Counted from the first letter of the stretch, positions 50,061 through 63,070 are shown. The stretch: 64,000 bases of DNA from Zootoca vivipara (GCF_963506605.1 NC_083288.1:41664001-41728000); one strand, 5' to 3'. Notes: a model not told the origin generated them from the sequence alone. Numbers and translations: made by a program.

Positions 50061-51463
50061 ATACAATTTTAGGTGGAGTGAGTGATGTACACTGAGGAAC
50101 CACCATTGTGCTCAAATGCCACATAATAGTCCCAAAGATTAATTAAAAGAGTATTAGGTCAGCTAAACTGCTATTCCTAAATTACTTTAGAGACTGTGAT
50201 AAATTACAACTGATGTGATCAGTCTGCTAAGTGGAAATTTCACTTGGAATGTGAGCTGATAGTTGGCATAAGAAGAGGCCATTTTTAACAGGCTGAAAAG
50301 AAAACAAAATGTCATTTTTACTGTTTAGAACAAAGAAAGATTATAAACAGAGAATGGTGTCCTGATTGTTAACAATTTCCATTTTATATTACTTTTAACT
50401 CTTCATCCCTTTTGTGGAAGTGCTGGCTGCAAAGTGAAACTGAAATCTGTGGAAAACTGTGGAAAAGAATGTGCTCATCCCTAAGGAGAGAGACAATATG
50501 AACTATGCTTATTCTCAGGATTTTACTTAGGGCAATTTTAGCTCCTTCCAGGTTTGACCAATCCCATATCTCCGACCTTATAGTTAGGTTGCAGTGTTAG
50601 ATTTTAAGGAGAGAGACACAAGAGTTCAAGGCAGAGACTGTTAGGGTGGCAAAAATATTGTTGAACACCCCATTGAGTGTGAGTATCAAGCAGCAATTCT
50701 TGGTTGAGAAACTGAAAGAGCTCAGTGCTGAGATGCATAAAATGTGAATGAAAATGGATTACTCCCCCATCTCCACCCAATCATTTTCACAGAGTTATTT
50801 CTTACAAAATTAAACACATTTATTTCCCATGGAGGAAATAAGAAGTAGTAAAGTTACTTTCAATTTCTTGGCAACACTTTCATTGATAAAAAAGAGGAAA
50901 ATAAAATTTCCTAGCACACAGATTTCCTTTGTTTAAAAATTTCTTGGTTCAAACAATTAGAGCATACTTTTTGTTCTGCCTTCAGCCCGTTAATGACCGA
51001 CTTTCCTTCTCTTCTTCTTAAAGCTAGAAAGCAGCTAACTCTCAGAATGTAAATTTCCACCAGCAAACATAGAAATCTTTTTCAGTTGTAAATTATAGCC
51101 ACCTATAATTATGAAAGGGAGGCTTTTGCAGAACCCATGCCCAACAGGGCTCTTATGTCTTTTTGGGGAAAGAGGATGATTCCTCCATTCAAAAGTCACT
51201 TAACTTGGACAGGATTCCTGGGAGTTGACAGCTTCTTGGTCTTCAAACACAGAAAATGTTTTTTTTTTACAGAGCATCAGATGTTAATCTCCTGTTTTCT
51301 CTGGAGTGAGTCCAATACTCAATATTTATGACTGACTATCATCAATCACTAAGTCTACTAAAAATTACATAAGGGAGCTGCTGAAAACCTCTTTGCAAAT
51401 ATTCTACTGTACACACAAAGAAAAGCACAAAATACAGTAAAGGGCAGGTTTATTATTTCTTTA

Positions 51464-52362
51464 TTATTTCTTCCTTATTAGCTGTTCCCTGTTGTTCAGC
51501 TCAGGCCTCAGAAGGATTATATAACATTTTGGGAAGAAGATGCAAACCAGCAACCCAACACCGGAGGCTAAGATGGAGAAGATCTCCACAGCTACCATAT
51601 ATTTTCCCTTGGTGCTCAGGTAGGAAGGAATAAAGGACAGCCAAACACTGCAGAAGACCAACATGCTGAAAGTGATGAACTTGGCTTCATTGAAACTGTC
51701 TGGTAACTTCCTAGCAAGGAAAGCCACAGCAAAACTTACAGTTGCCAGGAAGCTCATGTAGATGAGGACACAGTAAAACATGACCACGGACCCTTCATTA
51801 CATTCTAGTATGATTTCTTTAGTCATTGAGTGCATGTCCACATCAGGGTATGGGGGAGAGGTTGCCAGCCACACAGTACATATCCCTGCTTGGACTATGG
51901 AGCAGGAAAGGAGAATGGAGTGGCCTAGACCTTTCCCCACCCAATTCCTTATTCTGGATTCTGGGTTTGTAGCCATGAAGGCCAAAACCACCGTGAAGGT
52001 TTTTGCCAGGACACAAGAAACAGCGGTTGAGAAGATGATGCCAAAAGCTGTTTGTCGCAGGAGGCAGGTCACCTTCTCTGGTTGGCCAATGAAGAGCAAT
52101 GCACAAAGGAAGCAGAGCAGGAGAGAGATGAGGAGAGCATAGGTGAGGTTTCGGTTGTTTGCAATGACAATGGGTGTGTTGTGGTGTTTTATAAATGTAC
52201 CAAGTACCAGAGCTGTGATCAAGGAAAGGGAAAGAGAGAAGCAGGCTAAACTGATGCCCAAAGGTTCTTCATAAGACAAGAAGCTGATATCCTTGGGTAG
52301 ACATGCATCCCGGTTCTTGCTTGGATAGTCTTTTTCTGGGCATTTATTACAGTCATTCATAT
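51464..52362 (-). CDS. V2R gene F exon 6 (7TM)
   Basis: 899 bp open exon. Confidence 0.97.
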
Positions 52363-52847
52363 CTGGAAAAAAAATAAGGAAATGACCTTTAGCTCATAGC
52401 ATGTCAGCTTCCCGAAATGTTGACTAGTTGTCAAAGAAAAGAGCTCTGCTGAAATTAAAACACATGTTTAATACTGTCTGATCCTCTGGAATGTTTTGTT
52501 GGATTTAATTGGTTCAGAGCTATTTGGTCTGTAAATGGCACAGCCAGGGCTATCCCTCCACCTGATTTTGTAACGTATCATTACACTAGCCTGCATGTAG
52601 CTTTTGTAAGTCAGAAGGAATGAAAAGTCCCTTCTAGATTTGATTTGAATCACATACCACCCAACTACTCTCAATGCATAGTCATTCTCATTTGATTAAC
52701 ATATTTAGACTATCTGATCACAAAGAGGTAGGATCACACACACAGTAGACCATCTCCTCATTTGAAACTTAAACTCAGCCTTCCTTACAGCGCCGTTCAA
52801 TCCTAAATACTGAGTCTGGCTCTATTTAATCTATTTATTTCTCCTAC

Positions 52848-52974
52848 CATCTTGGTTTGCAATCTTCCCCTCTGCACATGGGATGCAATCGTAGCAGCAA
52901 GGGGGCTGTCCCTCCTTCACTTTCTTGCTGGATCCTGGATGACAACTCCCAGTACAGACTGAAAGCGGCTGAGT
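52848..52974 (-). CDS. V2R gene F exon 5
   Basis: 127 bp, AG/GT; ...CTGSCHPG...CCYDCIPC. Confidence 0.95.
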
Positions 52975-54242
52975 CTAATCCATAAATGAAAGAGCAGAAG
53001 GTTCATCAAGAGTCTAATGAGTTTCAAATCCTTTCTGTTCTCGAGCCTTTCTCTATGTTACTAAACTACACAGCACTTCAGTCATATGTAATTGCTATAT
53101 GTATATGTATCACAATTGCTTCTTTTTGTATTTGTAGTAGTAATGTTTGAAGTTCTGTGATATTCCCTTGATATTACTCTGGGGTGTGCAGTACCCCATC
53201 TATTCTGCAAAGATTGCTCTGTCCATTAAGGTACACTTTGAAGTTACTCTAGTTTCCTTGTTGATTTTGTTATAATTCTTACTTTTGAGTATGTTGTCCG
53301 CTAGGTAGACAGCTCTAGAACTGATTTTGGTGCCAGAGGACCCATCAGATGCTTCCTGCGGAAGAGTTCTGAATGTGCCACCCAGAGTCACTGGGGAAAC
53401 CCTGTTAGGATTCATTCCCCGTCTGCAGTCAAAGGGTTATTGTGTATCATAAGTCTTTGCCTCTGGACTCAGTCCAAACATCACAGGACAAAAGTTCCAA
53501 CTGCTTCTTCCAGGGCAGTGCCACCTGCTGGTTGCAGTGGTAATTGAGATGACGTCACAGTCTTCTCCTTCCATTCTGGAAAGTTTTCTTCAGAACAGGC
53601 TAAACTTCACACCTTTCCTCTCATGCATACCCACAAGAGCATGCATACCCTCTTGTGCTGGGGAAATGTACCCAGAGGCCGTATCTGGCTGAAAGAAAAC
53701 ATGCCATCCTCTCTCCAGGCCTTTTCAAAGAAAAGCTGATAATTGACCTGGACCTAATGACCCACATTCAGATGAAGGATAATGTGATGCAAAACCCATA
53801 TTTGCATGTATACAGCTTGCAGTGAGGATTGTAAATGGTTGGAATTAGGGTGAGAGAACCTAGCTTTTGTTAGTTTCTTCTGAAGTAGGATTCCCCGAAG
53901 CCATATTTACACTGTTAGCCTTGCTTCACTTTATTTTTTAGTTAAAATATATAGTTTTGTAACATCCTTAATAAAATATTTGCCTTCATTCCTTGCATAG
54001 CTTCTAGCTACAGTAATCTTTTGGCTCATACTCTGGTACCTGAAAGGATTCTTCTGTTTTGTAACCTCCTTAATAACATATTGGTCTTCTAGCAGTAAAC
54101 TTTTGGTTCTTAACCTGAACGCTCTGGTCATACAACACTCATCAATTTACGACTCAAAAGACAGTGAGTAGACCTGCGGGTGCATAATGACTGCTTACTC
54201 AATACTGAATCTCTTTTGAATTAGCAAACAATGCAACTCTAC

Positions 54243-54470
54243 CTGGTTAAACCAACTGTGCCAAGTGATGGCATCTTCATCAAGGATGAATGTTTGGTCT
54301 GGTGGAGCCTGAGGATCTACCCTGCCAACTCTCACTCTGTGCAAACTTTGGTTGGTGAATATGATCCAATTGATAATTTCCAAGCTAGATGCTGCCTCTC
54401 CATTCTGGTTGATGAAGACCACATCTCCTGCCGTATTGTTAAATGAGATGCTCCTCAGAAATTGATGGAG
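54243..54470 (-). CDS. V2R gene F exon 4
   Basis: 228 bp, AG/GT, open. Confidence 0.95.
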
Positions 54471-55133
54471 CTAGATTGAAAACAGAAAAGACAGGGGTTT
54501 GGAAAAGACTGCAGTCTAATGCAGGGAGGAGCATTTTTTCCCTATGAGCTGAACCTACAGCAAATGATGAGGGGTGATTCAGTCAACTGTCAGTGGATTC
54601 AGCTCCAAGCTTGGAGAGAGTCCACCAATTTTCTTTCACACGCCTGCCTCTCTCTCAATTTTCTTTCACACACATGCCTCTCTCTCAAACTTCCTTACAA
54701 CCCTTTGTGGGGGTTCAGGTCAAAGTTGTTGAGCTTTTTTATGGAGGATCAGGTCAAAAATGTTGAGCCTGCTATATATGAATGCAGTGGCATCTCATTT
54801 GTCTGCAAAGCTTGCATCATACAAATACTTTCTCCTGAAACACAGGGCAGTGCCTACTCAAAGAAATGCCCAACCATCATGTCCATTTTGCATAGGGTCT
54901 GCTGCCATTTTCCAGCAGCACAATATGTAGGGAATTATCTAGGATACCACCATATCTGTGCCACCTCCTACTCTGTCAGCAAAATTATAAATTCAGTTCT
55001 GGGTTCTTCTTCCTAATACACCCTCCCAAAAGTTTGGACTCTGAGAGGAAAGAGCAAGCTGATAGGATTTTGGGAACCCATAGAGTGTCAGGAAGTAACA
55101 GGACTTTCCCAGTTGAGGATGTTCAGCCTTTAC

Positions 55134-55991
55134 CTGCCAAAACGGTTGATTCAGATTCCCCCCTCTCCCGTCTTTTGCCATTCCTCTGTGTCTGAGTCTG
55201 GATGTGGACATGGCATGCAAAGCATGGGCCATGGAGTAGACAGCACTGTGGATGCTATAACTGTGGCCTGTCATGCTCATTTCAAAAAGTGATCCAGGGA
55301 GGTCTCCCACCTTCTCTTGTCCAGTACAAATATCCCCCTCCACCTTGTCTGAAGTGATATTTGGGAATACACATTCAAAGGACTGTTGCCAGAAGTCCCT
55401 GATAAATCCGTCCCCATCTGTGTGAAAAGGGTTTTTGTGCACAACATACTGATGAAATCCTGTTGGGTTTCTAAAGTGAATTTCAAAGGCTATAGCACCA
55501 TTGAATATTCCTGCATCCCAGTACTTTTGAAAGACAAATGAAGCAAACTCAACCTTTGCTGATATTATCCACACTTTACTTTCTACATTCTTCTTGTCGT
55601 CATGTTCTGAAAAGTATGAAAGCAATCTCAATGTTGCCATGGAATAAGATTCTCCAGAGGCAACCACTACGCTTGCTTTGCTGCTAAAAATTTTCTGGCT
55701 TATTATTGCCCCCTGATTTAACATGTCAGTAATTTCAGAAATGAAACTAAAATTGGGGATTCTTTCTATGAATGCAAAGCAGACACCACTCTTGGCAAAC
55801 ATTGGGGAAATGGTTTGCACAAATCTTTCTCCATTATCATTGTCCGTTGCAATGACTCCAATCCACGTCCACCTGAAATGCAGAAGCAAAGAGAGAATTC
55901 CCTTATACTGAAGGGCTTCTGCGGCTGCCATCTGGTAGAAGGGAAGCCCTGGGGTTTTGTTATTCATCACTGGAGCAGAGCCATAAATGAG
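55134..55991 (-). CDS. V2R gene F exon 3
   Basis: 858 bp, AG/GT, open (one codon shorter than its paralogs). Confidence 0.96.
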
Positions 55992-56844
55992 CTAAAGCAG
56001 GAATGGAGGAAGAGAAGAGGCAAAGTAATATTTGCAGAGTTCTTTCAAACTACTCATATACATTATTATGTGGTGAATCATGTTAGTCAGATATGCCCTT
56101 GGCCACCCACCAGGAATTGCATGCCCTCTCCCATTTATACTAAAGACACACAGGCAGATGGGCTGAAAATTGGGGACATCTCCCATTCCTGTTTTTTAAA
56201 CATTTGTTCTGTTGACCAGAGAGGGAAAATGTTCCAATTTTATTTTTTTTTGGCAGCAGCGTCTCCCATGGGCAAAAATGAGTGGAGGGACACACCATGC
56301 CCTAAAAAGAGGATTGCCTATCCCTGCATTGGACATAATTTACTGTAGCCATGTCAGAATTGCAACTAGGGTCGGATACACATTTCTTCTCTCTAGCTTC
56401 TTTCATCTCCACAATGCTCATACCTCAACACACAGCAGAACTGCCATTTCTGCCTCTTCTTTTTCAAAACTTCTCAAACATCATTTATAAACATTTATTT
56501 CATTTTGGAACCAGCTGCTCAGTATTATTACTGTTCTCCTGCAAAACTAGATTATATCTGCAATTTGTCATACCTCCAGAATGTGTTTAATTTTAAAGTC
56601 TCCCCCCCCCCCAACATTCACATATTGGGTATGGTGTCATGGCTGGTGATGAAGAAACCCACTCTCCCAAAATTGGCCTTTGGGATGTCCTTGAGATGTG
56701 TGTAAGAGATTGAGGGGGTGACATTTTTCCCCTGCTATTGCAGCCTTTCTTTCCCCTTATTTAGGTTATTTCATTTTATATTAATTCTGTCCAACCTTTA
56801 TTTCCCAAGGATCTGAAGGTGGTGTATTGTATATGGTTCTGTAG

Positions 56845-58255
56845 GAATCATAGAATCATAGAATCATAGAGTTGGAAGAGACCACAATGGCCATCCAGTC
56901 CAACCCCCTGCCAAGCAGGAAACACCATCAAAGCATTCTTGACATATGCCTGTCAAGCCTCTGCTTAAAGACCTTCAAAGGAGACGATTCCACCACACTC
57001 CTTGGTAGCAAATTCCACTGCCGAACAGCTCTTACTGTCAGGAAGTTCTTCCTAATGTTTAGGTGGAATCTTCTTTCTTGAAGTTTGAATCCTTTGCTCC
57101 GTGTCCGCTTCTCTGGAGCAGCAGAAAAGAATCTTTCTCCCTCCTCCATATGACATCCTTTCGTATATTTGAACATGGCTATCATATCACCCCTTAACCT
57201 TCTCTTCTCCAGGCTAAACATACCCAGCTCCCTAAGCCGTTCCTCATCAGGCATAGTTTCCAGGCCTTTGATCAATTTGGTTGCCCTCTTCTGGACACGT
57301 TCCAGCTTGTCAGTATCCTCCTTGAACTGTGGTGCCCAGAACTGGGCACAGTACTCCAGGTGAGGTCTGACCAGAGCAGAATACAGTGGTACTATTACTT
57401 CCCTTGATCTAGATGCTATACTCCTATTGATGCAGCCCAGAAATGCATTGGCTTTTTTAGCTGCTGCATCACACTGCTGACTCATGTCAAGTTTGTGGTC
57501 TACCAAGACTCCTAGATCCTTTTCACATGTACTGCTCTCAAGCCAGGTGTCTCCCATCCTGTATTTGTGCCTTTCATTTTTTTTGCCCAAGTGTAGTACC
57601 GTACATTTCTCCTTGTTAAAATTCATCTTGTTTGCTTTGGCCCAGTTGTCTAATCTGTTAAGGTCATTTTGAAGTGTGATCCTGTCCTCTGGGGTATTAG
57701 CCACCCCTCCCAATTTGGTGTCGTCTGCAAACTTGCTCAGGATGCCCTCAAGCCCATCATCTAAGTCAGGGGTGGCCAACTCCCAAGAGACTGCGATCTA
57801 CTCGCAGAGTTTAAAAACTGGCAGTGATCTACCCTCTTTTTTGGGGGGGGGGGTCAGGTTAAAGTTGTTGAGTTTTTCTTAGGGAGGAGGAAAGCCCTCT
57901 TTTGGGGGAGTGCAGGGCAAAAATGTTTAGCTTTTTTTTAGGGGAGCCAAAGCTGTTGAGCTTCTTTGGGGGGGGGAGCCAGTGATCTAGCAGTAATCTA
58001 CTAAAGGCGTCCAGTGATCTACTGGTAGATCGCGATCTACCTGTTGGACATGCCTGATCTAAGTCATTGATAAAGATGTTGAATAAGACTGGGCCCAAGA
58101 CAGAACCCTGTGGCACCCCACTAGTCACTACTCTCCAGGATGAGGAGGAGCCATTGATGAGCACCCTTTGGGTTCAGTCAGTAAGCCAGTTACAAATCCA
58201 CTGAATGCTAGCATTGTCTAGCCCACATTTTACCAGCTTCTTTACAAGAATATCA
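56845..58255 (-). mobile_element. Young CR1 LINE fragment
   Basis: RT motifs [22 protein letters not shown] and KFADDTKL; (ATTCTATG)n tail; TGTAG flanks. Confidence 0.95.
57767..58056. mobile_element. hAT (Charlie-like) MITE inside the CR1 RT, 290 bp
   Basis: CAGGGGTGGCCAAC / GTTGGACATGCCTG ends; exact 8-bp TSD ATCTAAGT. Confidence 0.9.
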
Positions 58256-59033
58256 TGTAGAGAAGAAGATTTGCTAATTGTAAATCGGATCATATAGTTT
58301 GCATTGTTTGCCCTGTATAATTCTGACTGTGCGGCTCAGCCCCCCCCCCCCGATATTCTTTAGATGCTTGCTTTTCTCTTTAAATCCATTAAGTGCCTTT
58401 CAGTGCCTCTCTCTGTGCCAAAGTGTAATGTAAGCATAAGGAACAGTGAGACAGGATGCCCTCTCCTTATCAGAGCAGAGAGATCCTGCTAGACGAATGG
58501 CCTTGCCAGAGAGCCTGCACAAAGTCTGCATCAGGAGATGACGTATTATTAGTAGACGCACAAACAGCCTTGCTGAAGGCTGATGGTATAGGGTCGCTTT
58601 GCTGAGTTTTACAATGTCAGCATGTGTTTATGATAAGGACAGGACACGGATCTTCCTGTATGTGTATGTTTAACCTATGACCCTCTTACGTGTGCATACT
58701 TACAGAGTGGATTCATGGGGAGGGGGTAGAGGAGCCCAAAAGTGGATAAAAGCCTCAGGCAAACTTTCTTTTCTCTTGTTGTGAAGCATCACCAAGTGCC
58801 TTCTCTATATAGAGAAATAAACTCTTTCTTTGAATTCAACCCTCGGTGTCGTTATTGACTGTCTTTCTCCCTGCCGGGCGCAACACAAGGAACCCAGCTG
58901 AAGCCAATAAGGCAACAGTTCTGCTTCCAATTTCATCCTCGCCCTGAGCTGGTGATACACCTTGAACTGGTGCTGTGAATTCAGCCTCTTTCTCTATGCA
59001 AGCTAATAGAGGTGTTGTACATGGGTGTCTTAC

Positions 59034-59325
59034 CTGCGGAATCTTATAGATATCCAAAACAGTTGCCACATAAAAAGAGATTTCAGAATCCAATCCTCCA
59101 ATGACCCCAGCCAGATTATTTTCAACATCACATATATAATTAGGGACAAATTTCTTCACCGTGGATAAAAGCATCAGTGTGGCAAGATATGTACTCCTTG
59201 CATTGATATAGCTGTCATATAAGTGAAACCCCAAGGTGATATTGGGTAAGATGTGAGGGTCTTCGTTGATCTCCTTTACAGCAAATGCCAAGGCCATGAT
59301 GTGCTGGTAACCCTTAGGTACCACC
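59034..59325 (-). CDS. V2R gene F exon 2
   Basis: 292 bp, AG/GT, open. Confidence 0.96.
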
Positions 59326-60572
59326 CTAGAATGAGAGTTGCAAACAATATCATAAGGAACTAATTTATCATTTTACATATCAGCACAGTAGTTAATCATA
59401 TCGACTTCCGTGGAGTTAACTCCCAGTCCATTCTATTGCTGAACAGTTCTTATAATCAGCAAGTTCTTCCTGATGTTTAGACAGAATCTCCTTTCTTGCA
59501 ACTTGAATCCATTGGTTCTGGTCTTACCCTCTGCAGCAAGAGAAAACAAGCTTGCTCCATCTTCCTGGTGACAGCCCCTGAGATATTTGAAAATGGCTAT
59601 CCTACATTCCCTCAGTCTTCTATTTTCATACCCAACCCCCTCAACCTCCCCTCATAAGGTTTGGTTTCTAGACCCTTGATCGTATATGTCACCCTCCTCA
59701 GCGTACGTTGCAGCTTGTCAGTATCTTGAACACAACTGAACACAGTACTCCAGGTGTGGTCTGAGCAGGGCAGAATAGAGCTGTTCTATTACTTCTTTTG
59801 ATTCTAGCACTATACTCCTGTTGACTCCTTTATCCTTTTCAGACATACCACTGGAAAGCCAGGTGTTCCCCATCTTATATTTGTGCAGCTGGTATTTTCT
59901 GCCTAAGTGCAGAACCTGACATTTGTCCCTATAGAAATTCAATCTGTCAGTTTTGTCCCAGTTCTCCATTCTATTAAGGACAATGGTATCTAGACAAGCG
60001 GTTGCTAGTGTGGTGCCCATAGGAACATTGGAACCCCTGGGGTCTTCCTCTGAAACATCAGATGTCTTTTCCTGACATTTACAAATTTTCTGAGCTCTCT
60101 CATGCAATGACTCCTTCCTTACTCATGAGGCAGAGATGGTGGTTGTAATTGACAGATTTCTATACTTCATTTAAATGCCGTCATTGTGAAACAAATTTTA
60201 GCCTAAGATCAGGAAATGAAATAATATGAGCATTCAGCTTCTGAAAAGTCTTTTTTAATTCATTCTCACTAACACTCCTGTTGAGATAAAGTCTATCAAA
60301 ATCAGCTTTTCAAAAGGGCTATCTCAGACACATAAATATGTATACATTTCAATACATTTATATTCATTTCCCTATTGAGAAATGGGAGCTTCTACAGTAT
60401 TAATTCGCACAAGATTCTTATGGATTTTACATCAGCATATCTCACACTGAAATGAAAAGTGGTTATCCCTAGGTAAATGGGTAGAGGTTTGCATCCTTAG
60501 TCATTATTCTGAGGCTGAAACTCTTGCTGTGATCTTTCCTCTGGAGTAATGAATGAGTGACTTAGTTCTTAC

Positions 60573-60790
60573 ACAAGCTCTTCAGACAGCGCTGGTGGGG
60601 GTTCCTCAGTGAATGTTGCTGGAGAGGAGATGAAGCCACCATGGGAAACAATACCACCAATGAGGAACTCTCCTGGCTGATGATACATGTGAAGTGGACG
60701 GTGTGGATCTTGGAGCCTGCATTTTGCTATGTGAGCCTGACATCCATTGTAAGAAATCAGTTCCAGCAGCAAGAAAACCAAAACCAGCAT
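60573..60790 (-). CDS. V2R gene F exon 1
   Basis: 218 bp, ATG at 60790 (MLVLVFLLLELI), donor gtaaga. Confidence 0.92.
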
Positions 60791-61471
60791 TCTCAATACA
60801 AAGACAACTGTTTGTTCTATGCAGAAACAACGTTTTATCTTCTCCAAGATAAAAATGGTCTCATTTAAATGGTAGTTTATTTTCCCGAGATGATGCAATC
60901 TCGGAGTATCCAAAATCAGACTTGTGGATCACAACTCTGATTAATTCTGATTAAGTTTAGTATACTCTGCATTAGGTTCACCAGTGGCCACTGTAAGTCC
61001 CCATTGTTTTTTTTGAGAAACAGCAGCTCAAATTATAGCCTCGTTAATCATCAAGAAGCAATGTAATTATTCACCCCGTGCTAAAAATTCCCTCTGGAAT
61101 TGTTGAAGAAAATGTGCTTGTCACATATTCAGAACTGTTATTTTAATTTCCCTTTCACTTGATAATAAGGGAGCACTGTTGTATTGGGAAAGGAAGAAGT
61201 TAGAAGCTCATTATAGAAGACCTTGTAACCAATGTTTTTTCCCCCCAAAATGTGGAATTAAGGTCCCTCCCAGGTCTATGACTCCTCTAGGTCACAGGAG
61301 CCACTGCTTCCCTTAATCATAGTACTTTGTCAGGAGAAAGTCCAGGGAGAACAGCTACATGGGCTGCTCTGTTTGCTTTGTTGGGTTGAGGCATTCTGAG
61401 AAGAAGCAAAATGAATACAAGGAGATTTAGTTCAGCTATGATTTGCTACATCAAATAGACTTGTTCATTCT

Positions 61472-62373
61472 TTAACTCTTTCTTATGAGAAGCTGCCCCC
61501 TGCTGTTTAACTCTGGCCTCAGCAAAATGATATAACATTTGGGGGAAAAGATGCAGCCCAGTAATCCAAAACTAGAGGCCAAGATGGAGAAGATCTCCAC
61601 AGCCACCATGTGTTTCCCTTTTGTGCTCAAGTAAGTTGGGACAAAAGACAACCACACACTGCAAAAGACCAACATGCTGAAAGTGATAAACTTGGCTTCA
61701 TTAAAACTATCAGGCAACTTCCGAGCTAGGAAAGCCATAGTTAAGCTGGCAATGGCCAGGAAACCCATGAAGCTCAAAACAGAGTAAAACATGATATTTG
61801 ACCCTTCATTGCATTCCAATACAATTTCTTCAGTGACTGAGTGCATGTCAACATCTGGGAATGGGGGACAGGTAGCCAGCCACACAGTAATAAAAACAGT
61901 CTGAACAAGGAAGCTGGAAAGAACAATAAAGGTTGCCAGTTGTTTCCCCACCCATCTCCTCATCCTAGAGCCTGGCTTGATAGCCATGAAAGCTAGAACT
62001 ACAATTGTGGTTTTGGCTAATACACAGGAAACTGCCACTGAGAAGATTGCACCAAAAGTAGTTTGTCGTAGGAGACATGTCAGTGAATCTGGTTTGCCAA
62101 TGAATAGCAAAGCACAAAGAAAGGAGAGGAGGAGAGAGGAGAGGAGAACATAGGTGAGGTTTCGATTATTGGCTTTGACTATGGGAGTGTCCTGGTGCTT
62201 GAGGAATATTCCAAGAACCAAAGTTGTGATTAAAGAAAGTAAAACTGCAAATGTGGTCAAGATGATCCCCAGAGGATCATTGTAAGTCAGGAAGCTTATG
62301 TATTTTGGGAGGCATCCATCTTGGCCAATGTTTGGATAATGATCTTCTGAACATTGAAAACAATCATCCATGT
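61472..62373 (-). CDS. V2R gene G exon 6 (B-type 7TM); upstream exons outside the window
   Basis: 902 bp open exon after tttcag; [17 protein letters not shown]. Confidence 0.93.
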
Positions 62374-62478
62374 CTGAAATCAAATATGAAAAATAGACAT
62401 AATGTGATATTTAAGTATGGCATTCTGTTTCTGTATGAGGGTAGTGAACTTGAAATATCAAATGTTAATTTTGTAGTA

Positions 62479-63005
62479 CAGTGGTACCTCTGGTTACGAA
62501 CGCCTCAAGTTACGTTTTTTCAGGTTATGAACGTTTTTAACCGGGAGGTTTTCCAAGCTGTCAGAGGCCTCACCGCTGCCCGGAGTCAAGCCCGGACATC
62601 CGCTGGGCCTGCAGAGGCTCTGCGACTGGGCTCCAGCAGTGGGCGCTCTCGGAGGCCTCCATGAATGCCTGGAGCTAAGCCTCAACATGTGTGGGGCCTG
62701 CGGAGGCTCTGTGACTGGGCTCCAGCCATGGGAACTCTCGGAGGACTCCACAACTGCCCGGAGCCAGGCCTTGACATCCGAGGGGCCTACAGAGGCTCTG
62801 CGATCAGCCTTCAGCTGCAGGAGCTCTCCAAGGCCCCCACAAATGCCCAGAGCCAGGCCCCGACATCTGCAGGATGCCCAGCAGGTCACATCCCAGCCCC
62901 AAAGTTAGGTACTTATCAAACCTTTATTAGGCATTTTGCAAATAAAACCATAAAAGAGAAAATAACATATAAAAGCCTTGAAATATATATAAAAAGGCAG
63001 CAGTT

Positions 63006-63070
<65 letters not shown>

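Larger units (their letters stand above)
56820..58917 (+). mobile_element. Solo-LTR-like insertion split by CR1
   Basis: Absent in A (CTGAAG|GTTCTGC); ends GGCAACA; AATAAA at about 58816; left end unclear. Confidence 0.55.

Noticed and set aside
53403-53560. TGTTAG...GTCACA short segment as an LTR remnant (similar case near 24307)
   Set aside because: No TSD and too short to support.
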